Shown here: piece after piece, positions 28,489 to 42,046 of the stretch
How the letters are laid out: every line of letters begins with the position of its first letter
How positions within the stretch are numbered: position 1 is the stretch's first letter
Source: the human T2T-CHM13v2.0 reference genome, Homo sapiens
Length of the DNA stretch: 64,000 bases
Reading direction: 5' to 3' (one strand)
Assembly (NCBI RefSeq): GCF_009914755.1
Contig: NC_060937.1
The notes under the pieces: model-generated
Databases searched by the model: none
Told to the model about the DNA's origin: nothing
The model's input: only the letters and a program-made list of their open reading frames with translations
Translations under genes and position numbers: made by a program

Positions 28489-29889
28489 GTCACTCAGACT
28501 GAAGGGAATATCAAAATTTGAAATTAACCCAATCACTAGCGAGAATCTATGAACTATTATGGCAAAAATGAGATGTTTATTTGCCATGTATTTATTAATT
28601 GCTGAATTAGTATTATAGAAGGACTGTGTAATATTGGAAAACTTAGGAATCTTCCCTCAAAAGTTGACCAAATACCTCTACAGTTTCTGTTGATAGCCTT
28701 GAAATGCCAGGAGGTAGACTCCTGTCAGTTCAAGTCGTCAGTTTAGAACTCAGGGCTGCAGATTCTGATACCCTATATAGGTCAAAGACCAGGGTGAGGT
28801 TGTTGGATCTGTGTGTTTTTAAACATCAGAGAAAATCATTATGAATTATCTTGAGTAAAATCATCTGTAAAATTTCCTCTCTTGGTAACCTAGATTAAAC
28901 TTTGGACCTTGAGAAATCCTAGCTAAAAATAGCTATTGAAGAGTTTGTTTATTGCACTTAATACATTGGCCCCAGAGAAACTCAGGCACTCAGATTCCCT
29001 AGGTTTCGTGGCAAACCTAACTGCCCACAGATAAAATTTTCTTTCTTTCCCTTCTGATTCTGATCCTAACTACAAACAAAATAATTTATGGCATTTAGGC
29101 AACAGCTTGTAAAAGCCAGTGAACCCGTCACTATTGGCAACTTTTATAAATCACTAATGAATTAAAATGTTCATAACTATGTAAAAGCTTAGTTTTTTTC
29201 CTTTACAATTCAATTAAAAACAGTTGGTTACTATGTAAACACTATCTCCCTACTTCTGGCTCTGTTGATCAGCTACAATGTAAAAAGTTGTGTTGCTCAT
29301 TTAAAAAGGTTTTGATAGCTAATAGGGATTTATGTTATCTCCTAAAGTTTCTAAGATTCAACTTTATAAGTGAATAGTCTCTCTTTCAGTAGTTAATGGT
29401 GAACAGTGGTTTAAAGTGTGGAGAGCCTGGATCACTAGTCTTGCAGGAAGAATGGAGTATGCTGTTGATGTTTTTTGAGGTCCCTTATGGTAGTCTTCCA
29501 GGCTTCTCCCTGAAACACCGCAAGCGTAAGTGGAAATGAGTTCCCTAGTGTTATGTGTCCATCAAACATCATGGTCTGTTTTTTTCCTTTTTCCCCATTA
29601 CCTTAAGCCCAACAAATAAATGGATGAACAACAATAACAAAAAAAAAACCCTTGTTGCAAAGGATTAATAACATTTAAATCTGTAAGAAAATGAAATTAT
29701 AAATAAATACATTAAGGAAATTCAAGAAGACTTAGATCATGTTTTATTTATTAACAGTAAAGTTATTCACTTCACAGGTGGACGTTTTACAAGTCTTAGA
29801 AGTTGTACTTTACTTATCATATTGAACAAGAATAAAGACCAAAGTCAGCATAAACATAAAGGAAGAGAAAAGCTCATAGTGTATATACA

Positions 29890-30396
29890 TGGATGCATTT
29901 TGCATTTGGGATGAAGTAAGTCTTCATTGTGCAAGAATGTCTTGCATTTCCTTGGATGTTCTGTATCTTGGGTTTCTACTCACTGAGTGCTATTAATAGT
30001 AGAGCCTACTGTTCATAGTGATCATGAAAAATGCTCTTGGTTGGGTACAGTGGCTCATACTTGTAATGCCAGCAATTTGGGAGGCCAGGGTAGGAGGACT
30101 GCTTGAGCCCAGGAGTTTGAGACTAGCCTGGGTAGCATGGCAAGATGCCATCTCTACCAAGAAAAAGAAAAAGCCATATGTGGTAGTGTGGTATGTGCCT
30201 GTAGTCACAGCTGTTTGGGAGGCTAAGGTAGGAGCATTGTCTGAGTGTGGAGGTTGAGGCTGCAGTGAGTCATGATGGCGCCACTGTACTCCAGCCTGGG
30301 TGCAGAGTGAGACTCTGTTTCAAAAAAAAAAAATGCTTTTGCAGATTTACAAATGCTCCCTATGAGGCTGCTACCTCATACACTGAAAATCACTGC
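29890..30396 (-). mobile_element. MER20-like hAT element split by an Alu
   Basis: TCTACTCACTGAGTGC...GTGATCATGAAAAATGCTC, then the Alu, then CAAATGCTCCCT...TGAAAATCACTG end. Confidence 0.55.
30039..30328 (+). mobile_element. AluJ (diverged)
   Basis: J diagnostics. TSD AAAAATGCTCTT / AAAAATGCTTTT. Confidence 0.93.
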
Positions 30397-31554
30397 CTTA
30401 TCATGAAGACATACTTGGTCTTATTTAACTTATCATGCATCATTTTCTCACTTGCGTACCCCAGCTCCTTTCTTCCCAACAGTGGCTGATCTCGATTCTA
30501 TTGCCTTCCACTTCCTCATTCCAGCATTTGCTTTATCAATGAAAAATTCTCTTGCATCTTTCATTCTTCCATCTCTGCTGGCTTCTTTCTTTCAACATAT
30601 AGATATAATCTTTTATTTCTAATCATACGCAAATCCCAACAAAATGATTGACATGCAAATAAAATTTTGCATCCTAACATCATATCTTCTTACAGTTCTA
30701 TCACTTTTTTTGGCTATAGACTTTTGGAATTAGCCTGATTATCATAAGCCTCACCATAAAGGTAAAGGGGAAGTAATCATGTTTGCTTAATGGACAGATG
30801 AATGTAGCACTGATAACTATTTGATGGGATTCATATGCTCACTGTATTTCCAGGAGGTCTTTGGGGGCTCTATTTGGGGATTGGATTTTTTGGCTTTGTT
30901 TCAGTCTTATTTTTTATTCTCTAGGATGTTGTGTTCTGCTAATGATAAGAGGTGTACTTTGAAGTTCCTTTCTTCTCTCTTCCTCCTTTTTTCTTTCTTG
31001 CTAAAAATACTCATACTACATTTTTATCAGGTACTAAGTAGCCAAGTTTAATTATATATCCATCATTTCTGTCCTTCGAAAGGAATTGTACTTATCTTTT
31101 GTGTAAATGAAAATTATCCATTCTCACTGACATCTTCCAAATTGAAATTTTCCTTTTTCTATTATATTTCTAGATACGTGTTTTTAAAAAATGATGCCCT
31201 TTGGCTCTCTTTCTTAAGAAGCGTGGTAGAGTATGATTCATCAACTTGAGAAAGGTTAGCTATGGATATAGTTTACCTGAGAAATATCAATTGCTTTTTA
31301 TCACCTTTTGGAGCAAGTATATTTGTTTTTTATCTTATATAAGCATATGCATATCTGGAGAATTGATATTTTTCTAATATGGAAGATATTTTAAAACGTA
31401 TTTTCCCCTGAAACATTGTTTTTTCATCTTTTTTTTTCTGTCATTTGTTGTTAAATTTCATGAAGGAATGGAGTTGTAACTCATATTATTTGTCCTTTAC
31501 CACCTGGGGTAAACTCTATCAGTTTACCCTGCTGCTTCAAAATATGCTCTGTTA

Positions 31555-33755
31555 ATGGTTAACTGTAGTCACCCTACTGCACTAATGAACACTAGAACTT
31601 ATTCATTCTATCTAACTGTATTTTTGTACCTATTAGCCAACCTTTCTTTATCACTTCTCCCCTCTACTCTCCCCAACCTCTGGTAAGCAACATCCTACTC
31701 TCTACCTCTATGACATCCATTTTTATAGCTCCCATATATAAGTGATAACATGCAATATTTGTCTTTCTCTGCCTGGCTTATTTCACTTAACATGATGTCC
31801 TCCAGATCATCCCTTTTGCAAATGACATGAGTTCATTCTTTTTTAAGACTGAATAATATCCCATTGTGTATAGATACCACATTTTCTTTATTCATTTATT
31901 CGTTAATGAACACTTGGTTGATTCCATATTTTAGCCGTAGTGAATAGTGCAACAATAAACATGGGAATGCAGATATTTCTTCAACAGGTGGATTTCCTTT
32001 CTTTTGGATCCATACCCAGCAATAGGATTGCTAAATAATATGGTATTTCTGTTTTTCTTTTTTTTTTTTTTTTGCGAAACCTCTGTAGCTGTTTTCCATA
32101 ATGACTGTGCTATCTTACATTCCCACGCAACAGTGTGTAGGAATTCTCTTTCCTCTGCTCCCTTGCCAGTGTTTATCTTTTGTCTTTTTAATAATAGCCA
32201 TTTTAACTGGGGTGAGATTTGCTCATTGTGATTTTGATTTGCATTTCCGTGATGATTAGTGATGTTGAAAATATTTTCATATACTTGCTGGCCATTTTTA
32301 TGTCTTTTGAGAAATGTCTGTTCTGATGATTTGCCCATTTAAAAAATTGGAGTATTTATGTTTTTGCTATTGAGTGGTTTGGATTCCATATATATTCTTG
32401 TTATTAATCTCTTGTCAAATGGATAGTTTGCAAATATTTTCTCCCATTCTGTAGGTTATCTCTTCATTCTGTTGACTGTTTCCTTTGCTGTGCAGAAGAT
32501 TTTTAGCTTGATATAATTCCATTTGTCAATTTTGCTTTGGTTACCTGTGCTTTTGAGATCTTACCTCAAAAATTTATGTCCTGAAGTGTTTTGTTTGTTT
32601 GTTTGTTTCGGTAGCTTCATAGTTTCAGGCCTTACACTGAAGTATTTATTTAATTCATTTTGGTTTGATTTTTGTATTCAGTGAGAGACATGGGGGTTTC
32701 ATTCTTTTGCATATAGATATCCAGTGTTCCCAGAACTATTTATTGAAAAGACTGTTGTTACCTCAATGTATTTTCTTAATGCATTTGTTGATAATGAGTT
32801 GGCTGTAAATGTGTGGATTTATCTCTGGGTTCACAATTCTGTTCCATTGATCTATGTGTCTGTTTTTATGCCAGTGCCATCATGTTTTGGTTGTGATCGC
32901 TTTGTAGTATATTTCGAATTCAGGTAGTGTGATGTCTCCAGATTCTTTTGTTCAGGATTACTTTGGCTATTTGAAGTCTTATGATTCTGTATGCATTTTA
33001 GGACTTTTTTCTGTGTTTCTATGAAGAGTGTCCTTGGTATTTTGATAGGGATTGCATTGAATCTGTAGATCACTTTGGGTAGGTAGAATGGATATTTTAA
33101 TGGTATTAATTTCTCCATTCCATGAACACATAATATCCTTGTATTCTTTTGTTGTTATCTTTAACTTCTTTCATCAGTGTTTTGTAATTTTCATTGTAGA
33201 TGTTTCATCTCTTTGGTTGAATATATTACTAGTTATTTGATTTTTTTTGTAACTATTGTAAATGGGATTGCTTTTCTGATTTTCTTTTCAGATTGTTTGC
33301 TGTTGGCATATAAAAATGCTATTGAATTTTTTTTTTTTTTTTTTTGAGACAGGGTTTTACTCTCTTGCCCAGGCTGGAGTGCGTTGGTACAATCTCAGCT
33401 CACTGCCACCTCTACCTCCTGGCTCAAGTGATCCTCCCACCTCAGCCTCCCAAGTATTGTAGCTGGGACCAAAGGCATGTGCCACCATTCCCAGTTACAT
33501 TTCTCTATTTTTTGTAGAGACAGGGTTTCACCATGTTGCCCAGGCTGGCCTCAGACTCCTGGGCTCAAATGATCTGCCCACCTCAGCCGCCCAAAGTGCT
33601 TAGATTACAGGCATGAGCCAGTGTGCCAAGCCACCAAACGCTACTGATTTTTCTATGTTGATTTTGTATCCCTCAACTTTACTGAATTTATCAGTTCTAT
33701 CTGTTTTTTGGTGTAGTCTTTAGGTTTTTTAAAATATAAGATCATGTTGACTGCA
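31555..33755 (-). mobile_element. L1MA (about MA5-MA8) 3' UTR plus degenerate ORF2
   Basis: 3' UTR TAACTGTAGTCACCCTACTG...ACACTAGAACTTATTC. ORF2 remnant [16 protein letters not shown] in ORF 32852..33118. Confidence 0.92.
33331..33632 (-). mobile_element. AluJb-like inserted in L1MA
   Basis: Reverse dimer. Diverged TSD AAATGCTATTGAATTTT / AAACGCTACTGATTTT. Confidence 0.93.
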
Positions 33756-33759
33756 GTGT

Positions 33760-34700
33760 GTTTCTTTTCTAATACATGTTTTTTGTGCATATAGATTAGG
33801 AAATTCTTCCCTGTCATAAGTTCACAAGTATATTTAATTATGACTTTTTACATTGTTTATGAAGTCAAGATCCATTTTCATTTATTTCTATATAGACAAC
33901 AAATTTTCATTACTCTTTATTGATTAGTCCATCTGTTCCCTACCCATCTGTAATGCCTGCTCTGTAATAAAGTTTTCTTATATATGCCTGTTTGTTTCTG
34001 GATTCTGTTCTATTTGTCTTTTTATCTGAATGTGTAGCAAAAGGACATAATTTTAATTACTATAGTTCTGTATAAAAATCTTACCTTGTTCTTCTTCTGG
34101 AGTGTCCTGGTTTTTCATGGCCCTTTACTCTTCAATATACATCATAGAATTGACTAATCAAAGTCCAAGAAAACCCCTGCTAAGATTTTGTTTAGGATTA
34201 TATTGAATCTATATAATAATTTGGGGGAGAATCAACTTCATTCTGACATTGATTCTTCTTATTTATTTATTTTTTGAGACAGAGTCTCACTCTGTTGCCC
34301 AGACTGGAGTGCAGTGGTACAATCTCAGCTCCCTGCAACCTGTGCCTCCTGGGTTCAAGCGATTCCCCTGCCTCACTCAGCCTACCAAGTAGTTGGGATT
34401 ATAGGTGTGTGCCAGCATGCCCAGCTAATTTTTATAATTTTGCTAGAGACAGGGTTTCACCATCTTGGCTGGGATAGTCTCGAACCCCTGACCTCAGGTG
34501 ATTCGCCTGCCTCAGCCTCCCAAAGTGTTGCGATTGCAGGCGTGAGCCACTGTGCCTGGCCTATTGATTCTTCTTCACTGAAAACTTACCTATGAAGTCA
34601 TTATTTATTTATATTTTAAAATGTCTTTTAATAAATGTTTATGAATTTTTGTAAAAGACTTGCACAGAAAATTAATTCCAACCTTTAACATAATTTATGA
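33760..34700 (-). mobile_element. Ancient L1M (MC/ME-like) ORF2 fragments
   Basis: TTTTAATTACTATAG, GGATTATATTGAATCTATA...AATTTGGGGGAGAAT blocks. Confidence 0.6.
34261..34561 (-). mobile_element. AluSx-like
   Basis: Reverse dimer. Perfect 13-bp TSD ATTGATTCTTCTT at 34248 and 34563. Confidence 0.95.
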
Positions 34701-35099
34701 GTCTTATAATATTTTCAGATATTAACTTTGAAAATTATGTATTTTACTTTAATGTCATTTGACACCTCAAATAAATATAATTGCCAACAATAAATGAATA
34801 ATTAGTCCCACAGATTTCTCCCTTTCCTCCACAGGGCAATGTTTCTTCCAACTGTTGATGCATCTTGAAAATCATTCCTCAAGTTTATTATCACTTCCAT
34901 TCCCCATGTCAGTGGCATAGCTAATTATTTAGAAGGCAGGTGTCTCTAGGTAATTATAGTTAGTTCTGTATGCAATTATCCTTTCTGAAATGTGTGTTGT
35001 ATGCCGTAAAAATACCTGTTACGTTATAGAATATAACAAATAGCTAACACAATAGTTAATACTTAGTTGATGCTGACTATATATAATTCTCTAGTTTAT

Positions 35100-35345
35100 T
35101 ATCATAATAATACACCTCACATCATTGAAGTCTTTTACAGTTTACCAAGTTCTTTCATTCACGGTGTTTCATTTGGGTATCCCAACAACATTTTCAAGGC
35201 AAACGTGTTACCATCCTTAGTTTGAAGAGGAGGAACCTGAAACTTAGGAAGACTAAATAACTTGTAAAAGATCACAGAAGTGATATCTAATAGAGACGAG
35301 CTTCAAATTCAGGTTTATTGAACTCAGAATCAATGCTCCTGCCCC
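35100..35345 (-). mobile_element. MIR
   Basis: GAAGAGGAGGAACCTGAAACTTAGGAAGACTAAATAACTTG...GATCACAG core. Confidence 0.7.
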
Positions 35346-37169
35346 CTACCTCTCAGGAGTGATAATGGTAAAGATTGGGGGACTGTAGGCCAAATAGGTC
35401 CTCTGACCTCTTTTATAATTGTCAGCTTATCTAACGTGAATGACTTAGATAGGCCTTGCAGATTGAGTCCTTGGGAGATTTCCTGCCTCTGTCTAGTATT
35501 ATACCCAGCCCAATTTGTACCTGCTGACCTTCCAAGTTCCTGTGGGCATTTGAGTTTCTGACCTTTGCCTTTGAATAAGCCTGCCATTTCCTATAGCATA
35601 TGTGCATTTTTTGCTTCCTGGAACTTTCTACTACTTTATATTTGTTCTGATTACTTATCAGCAAACAAATCTTTTAGACTGCCTTGTAGTTCTATTATGG
35701 AAAAAGTGAGAAATTATTATCCTAAGAATAGGCACAAAACATATAATACAGTGCCTTGCACTTAATGTGTGCTTACAAAATGTTAATTGATGATGAAAAA
35801 GATTTAAATCTTCCTCTAAATAATAAGATTTTATAGTTATCCATCAAAATCTAATTATGCTGAAGTCACTTCACATCATCATAAAAAAGTGTTTAACACT
35901 GTTTATCAACAGATAAACTGTTGTTGGCTTGTAAAATCAAACTTGTTCTGCACTTGGAATTTTATCAAGTTATTTGTTGGGAAAAGTTTGGATTATGTGG
36001 ATACTTTTGGTAGAAGCGTTGTGTAAAATGTGTGGAGTAAAAAGTTTTTGCAGATAATGTGTTTGACATACCATATTATTATATTGGATGAGACTTTCTT
36101 CCACCTGCAGATGTTTCTCTTTGTCTTCCCCTGGTAGGGTTCCCCTTATATAATAATATTCCTAGGAGCAATAATTGTTCCCCCAGATTTGGATGTCTTC
36201 CAGTAGTTCAGAGTTTCACTTAGCACCAAAAATTAATAAGCTTTAATTAAAAGAAGTGATTATTGCTGAAAATGATGACCTGTTAACTCCAGAAAGGCAG
36301 GGTGCTTTTATCCATTCTCCTCCTTCAAGGTTGGCTTTTGAATTCTGAACCATGGATTTCAATGCAGTCCATCCTCAATTTGTAGGAAGCGTTGTTTTAT
36401 TTGGAATTTAAAAAGGAAGCTCTGTTAGGTAACATTGCAGCACAAGTTCTTTTTAATGTAAGTCCATGTATTAATCAAAACAGCTGTGAGGGTTACTAGG
36501 TAGACTGTGACACCGGGTGGCAATAAAATGTCTTCCTCATTACAATTAATACCGATGACTTGCAGAGACCTCCTGTATGTGATGGCCTTTCTCGATGGGC
36601 ATCCTCACTTGGTGGTAGGGAAAATGAGTATGGGCTGTATGAAACAATTTCAGCACCACCCTGAGCTTAATAGAGCCGTCTTTCATTGCCTGTTAACAAG
36701 CTGTGCTGCTGCCATAAAATGTTCAAGCTGACAAATGCTGTCAAAGCTCCTTCAATGCAAAGATTTTCTGCCGTATTTAACATGTTAACTTTTATTTTAA
36801 TGATGCCAAAACACACATCAGTTGTTTGTGCAACATCCAGTGTGGTCTCTGGAGCCATCCCATTAGCTGAAAAGTATAGTCAGTGTCCTGTTCCAGTGGC
36901 CATTAATGGTAAAATTCTTCAATTAAAAACTGTGGAGTTATGCTGATTCAACCATTCACTCTATCCCAGAAGTAAAATAGATATACCTACTTGCTGTGAA
37001 ATTATTGAGTTTGTTTAGCTTGATTTTCTGTGCATTACATTAGCCATGAGTGTATTATAGAGGCTAAGAATGATAACTCTATGAAGGTTTATTATGAGAT
37101 TCCCATATTTGGCTCAAGGTTTTATACAACTTGATATGCTACCTACTACTAGTCTTCCAGTTCCACTAT

Positions 37170-37425
37170 TGCAACTAGTTAACACATACATTGTACTTAT
37201 TGTGTGCCAGGCTCTGTTCTGACTGCTTTATATGTATCTACTCATTTAATTTTCACAACAGTCCTATTTATTAAGTGCCATTGTCCTCACTTAAAGGTAA
37301 AAAAAAAAGAAAAAAATCAGAGGCACGAGATATTCAATAATTTGTCTAAGGCCATATAGACAGGATATGGTAGAGGCTCTATAAGAATGCAGATATTCTG
37401 ATTCCAAAATATATGCTCTTAACTA
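37170..37425 (-). mobile_element. MIR
   Basis: ACTTATTGTGTGCCAGGCTCTGTTCT...ACTCATTTAAT...GAGGCAC...TAATTTGTCTAAGGCCA. Confidence 0.8.
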
Positions 37426-38669
37426 AAACTAATGCATCAAGTCGACTGAAATGACATCAAATACATCCTTGACACTAAAGGGAGCACACAAACGGAATGC
37501 CTGCCTTTCTGGTGGAGATGCTTATGTTGCAGCTAACAAAGAGAATGAATTCTTTTATAAATGAAGTTTAGGATCACAGGGTTTCCACTACCCTTCTGGT
37601 TATGTTTTCCAAGGCTGAAAATGGAGAACAGTTTGGAGCAGGAAGAGTGGAAGTTTATAGGTTCTGTTTTCCCTCTTTTTCTTCATGGATCTTTCATCTC
37701 CCCACACACTATTGCAGCCTGCAACCTCAGATGGAGTGAAATTCTCAGCGGAATTAAATTTCAGTTGCTACCCTTAATAACTGTAGAGAACCCCTTTGGA
37801 AAGGCCTCCCTATTACCCTTTTTTGTTTGTTCATTTTTCGCTAAATTAAACTTTAATATTTTATAACATCACGAGGAAGCTACTGATTTTAGGAATTTGG
37901 ATTCATGTTTTCTTCTTCCTTTTCTCTTCTATACCTATAAATCAGCAAGTAACAAAACGAGTGATTTCCACTGCAAAGTCATTATCCCCGGTGAGTTGAA
38001 TATGGGCATTGTAATTCACCAGCAGCTGATGACTGAGTGGATCTAAAGGAAGAATGAAAAGGTAGATCTTAAGGATGAATTACAGCTGTAATAATAATTT
38101 ATTCCACAAGATTCACATGGAACTGAAATTTATGACAGGCAGCCAGACCAGAAAATCAGGAAGTTTGGATTTTCTCTTCTTCCTAATCAGTTTCTCCACA
38201 TCTTGTTCTGATTAGTGCCCTCGCTGAGTCTCCTTACAGGTATCTCTGACCCATTTCCAGTAGACCTTTTGAAATTCCACTGTTTTTCAGGCAGTGATTT
38301 CTGCCTTTGCTGGATTTTAGAATATAAAAGTCATTCATCTGTATCTTAGAAGGATGATTCACATATTTATGTTCTAGAAAGTAGGCTGAGAAGAAAAATG
38401 TGGTACTTTATTAATTAGGGCCCTTTAACATTTTATACTCTCAAGCTTAATCATTTGCTTGTTTGAACTAAAGTCATCTTCCTTAATCACCATCATTAGT
38501 GGCTGTCCATGAATGATTACCTCTGAATTTTATTAACATGTTATTATTTAATGCATTTTACATTCCCCATTAGGAATTAGATATCATCCAATATTTTACT
38601 ATATCAATATATTTTTTTAAAGCATGAGATTAACTATGGGAATGGGCTACCTCCATCTTCCTGCTCCCT

Positions 38670-38820
38670 CAGTGGTTCTGAAATTGATGTGGAGGTGGTG
38701 TTGACAGGGCAGAGAGAGCAATTGGAGGAACTAGCCCATCTATTCTTGGTGCTGTTTTTTAGAGCTTAAAACTTGCTGGGTGATGTCAAAGCATTTACGC
38801 CCCAAAGATGAGAACCACTG
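38670..38820. mobile_element. MER5-type hAT MITE
   Basis: Perfect 10-bp terminal inverted repeats CAGTGGTTCT (38670-38679) and AGAACCACTG (38811-38820). Confidence 0.75.
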
Positions 38821-39219
38821 CTCTAATCTTGAACGTTTCCAGTGATGAAAGGCTTGCTCACAATCATTTGGAAATAGCCCATTACACTTTGGGATTCCTT
38901 TGACAATTCCTCTGTATACCTAGCAGAGTGACTCATTATGGTCACTAGTTCCTAGTTCTCATCTTTAAGCAAATACAGAACAAATTTGTTCCTCCTCTAT
39001 CTGATGGTCTTTAAAATATCTGGAGCCATCTTAATATTCCTACTGATTATTCTTGCATACATAGATTGGGTCATGCCACAATTTCTTATATTCCATATTT
39101 TGAAAACCTCTCATGATCATGGCTCTCCTTCTCTGTATTTTCTGTGTGTAGAAATAAACACCATCATCTATTAAAAAAAAAAAAAAAAGCACCACGTATA
39201 CTTGCCATCAAGTGCTCAT

Positions 39220-39352
39220 TTATTATCTTTCCCCTGAGTATCTCAGAAGCTCCAGTCAGGTCAGCACTGACTTTATTTCTTGTTGAGTCCTCAGTCCCAT
39301 GGACAGTGCTTGGTGCACAATAGTGACTTAGTCAATAATTGTTGAATGCATG
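39220..39352 (+). mobile_element. L2 3' end
   Basis: ACAGTGCTTGGTGCACAATAG...CAATAATTGTTGAATGCATGA. Confidence 0.65.
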
Positions 39353-39820
39353 AGCCCCCAGGTCTACACTGAGGTTAGGAACTGACAGTGAATTGGTCGT
39401 AAGGGGTGGAATGAATTTTAGTGCATGTAAGATTGGTCAGTTTTGCATAATGTTCAATAAAATGGTTTTGCAAGTTGTACACTCATGCTTGTTTGTATTG
39501 CTTGTTAGTGCCAACGGCTTCCCGGGCTTAAAATGACTACCAGAATGTCCTGCACACTCAAAAGCAATAATGTTTTGTGAAATACAGGCTTACATCAAAA
39601 AAGCTCTGCTTTTTATAACTTATGAAGTTGGGAGTTTAAGAAAATTACTTTTGAAAGGAGTATTAATCTAAATGGATAAATGAGTCATCGTATTAAAATA
39701 CCTGTGGGAAAACTAGAATTAGGCACATTACAATCAGGCACAATGTTTATTGTATAAGTGTGCTAATGTATGGTTTAGTTAATAATAATCCATTCAAAAA
39801 CAAAAACAAAAGTTTTCTTT

Positions 39821-40128
39821 CTTTTTTTTTTTTTTTTTTTTTTTTTTTGAGACGGAGTCTTGCTCGGTCACCCAGGCTGGAGTGCAGTGGCGCGATCTCG
39901 GCTCACTGCAAGCTCCGCTGCCAGGTTCATGCCATTCTCCTGCCTCAGCCTCCAGAGTAGCTGGGACTACAGGCGCCCGCCACCATGCCCGGCTAATTTT
40001 TTGTATTTTTAGTAGAGACGGGGTTTCACCGTGTTAGCCAGGTTGGTCTGGATCTCCTGACCTCGTGATCTGCCCGCCTCGGCCTCCCAAAGTGCTGGGA
40101 TTATAGGCGTGAGCCACCGTGCCCGGCC
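39821..40128 (-). mobile_element. AluY, CpG-rich
   Basis: GCAAGCTCCG and ACCGTGTTAGCCAGG diagnostics and a long poly-T. Perfect 14-bp TSD CAAAAGTTTTCTTT at 39807 and 40129. Confidence 0.97.
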
Positions 40129-40144
40129 CAAAAGTTTTCTTTTT

Positions 40145-40570
40145 AAATACCTGTTATGTGTTGCGCATTTTCAAGGCTCTTGAGATACAATATTAGGGAC
40201 AAAGTCCACACTTTTATAGGTCTTGTATTTTAACTGAGAAACACAGACAATAGATAATTGAATAAATAAAAGAAAGTAATTTTGGATAATCATAAGTGAA
40301 ATAAGTGTACAGAGTACTGTGCTAAAGATCCGCAGTGAGGAAGTGAGGGATGGGATGAGGAGGCAGCCATGCAAGGTGCTGATCATTTCAGCTGATGGAA
40401 GGAAGCACAAAGGTCCTTAAGTGGGAGAGAGCTTGGTATGCTCAAGGAAGATAGGGTCAGGTGAGCTGCAGAAGAATGGCAGCTGGAGTTTGGGGATAAG
40501 GTTGGAGGCCTATAGGCCTCATCATGATACCCTTATGGACCATAGCGAAGAAGACTTATGAACCATCGTG
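40145..40570 (-). mobile_element. L2 fragment (continues in pieces to ~42600)
   Basis: GGCAGCCATGCAAGG...AAGGTCCTTAAGTGGGAGAGAGCTTGGTATGCTCAAGGAA. Confidence 0.7.
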
Positions 40571-40574
40571 AAGA

Positions 40575-41965
40575 TTTATTTTTATTTTTTTTATTTCAAT
40601 AGTTTTGGGGCTACAGGTGGTTTTTGACTACATGGATAAGTTCTTTAGTGGTGATTTCTGAAATTTTAGTGCACCTACCACCGGAGTACTATATACTGTA
40701 CCCGATATATACTCTTTTATCTCTCAACCCCCTTCCAAATTTCCCCCTGGAGTCCTTTGCAACCTCATACCTTAGCTCCGACTTATGAGAACATTCAATA
40801 TTTGGTTATTCATTCCTGAGTTACTTCACTTAAAATAATGGCCTCCAGCTCCATCCAAGTTGCTGCAAAATACATTATTTCATTCGTTTTTATAGCTGAG
40901 CAGTATTCCATGGTGTATATATAGCACATTTTCTTTATCCACTTGTTAGTTGATGGGCTTTTAGATTGGTTCCATATTTTACAATTGCGAATTGTGTGCT
41001 ATAAACATATGTGTGCATGTGTCTTTTTCATATAATGACTTCTTTTGGGTAGCTACCCAGTAGTGGGATCACTGGATTGAATGGTAGTTCTACTTTTTGT
41101 TCTTTAAGGAATTTCCATACTGTTTTCCATAGTGGTTGTACTAGTTTACATTCTCACCAGCAGTGTTTAAGTGTTCCCTTTCACCACATCCATGCCAACA
41201 TCTATTGTTTTTTGACTTTTTAATAATGTCCATTCTTGCAGGAGTAAGGTGGTATCTCATTGTGGTTTTAATTTGCATATCCCTGATGATTAGTGATGTT
41301 GAGCATTTTTTCCTAAGTTTGATGGCTGTGTACATCCTCTTTTGAGAAATATCTATTCATGTCCTTTGCCCACTTTTTGATGGAGTTATTTGTTTTATTC
41401 TTGCTGATTTGCTTGAGTTCCTTGTAGATTCTGGATACTAGTCCTTTGTCAGATGCATAGTTTGCAAATATTGTCTGTTTACTCCGCTGCTTTTTTTTTT
41501 TTTCTTTTTTTTGCTGAGCAGACGCTTTTTAGTTTAATTAGGTCCCATTTATTTATTTTTGTGTTTTTGCATTTGTTTTTGGCGTCTTAGTCATTATTTA
41601 TTTGCCTAAGCGAATGTCCAGAAGATTTTTTTCTGATGTTATCTTCTAGAATTTTTATGGTATCAGGTTTTAATTTAAGTCATTGATCCATCTTGAGTTA
41701 ACTTTTTTTTTCTTTCTTTTTTTTTTTTTAAGATGGAGTCTCACTCGGTTGCCCAGGCTGGAGTACAGTGGCCCAATTTTGGCTCACTGAGTAGCTGGGA
41801 CTCCAGGTGTCCAGCACCACACCCACCTAATTTTTTTGTATTTTTAGTAGAGACAGGGTTTCACCGTGTTAGCCAGGATGGTCTCAATCTCCTGACCTCG
41901 TGAATCACCCACCTCGGCCTCCCAAAGTGCTGAATACTTTTGTTATAAGGTGAGAGGTTAGGATT
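40575..41965 (-). mobile_element. L1PB-type 3' UTR plus ORF2 3' remnant
   Basis: TTTATTTCAATAGTTTTGGGG...ACATGGATAAGTTCTTTAGTGGTGATTTCTG. Remnant peptide [27 protein letters not shown]...NNRCWHGC. Confidence 0.93.
41703..41932 (-). mobile_element. AluY/Sc-like, 5'-truncated with a ~50-nt right-arm deletion
   Basis: GGCTCACTG is joined directly to AGTAGCTGGGA. The element ends at CCCAAAGTGCTG. Confidence 0.88.
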
Positions 41966-42046
41966 GAGTTGGGCAGATTTTTGATGTAGGTTCTTAGGGA
42001 CACAGGGTTAAACTGGGAGACCCATAGAAGACTGGGAGAACATAGG

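Noticed and set aside
31507-31529. 9-bp hairpin GGGTAAACT/AGTTTACCC
   Set aside because: A few such stems are expected by chance. Intrinsic terminators do not apply in primate DNA.
23711-41345. ORF2-like peptides at 23711, 31931, 32852 and 41141
   Set aside because: They are frameshifted remnants of old L1MA/L1PB copies.
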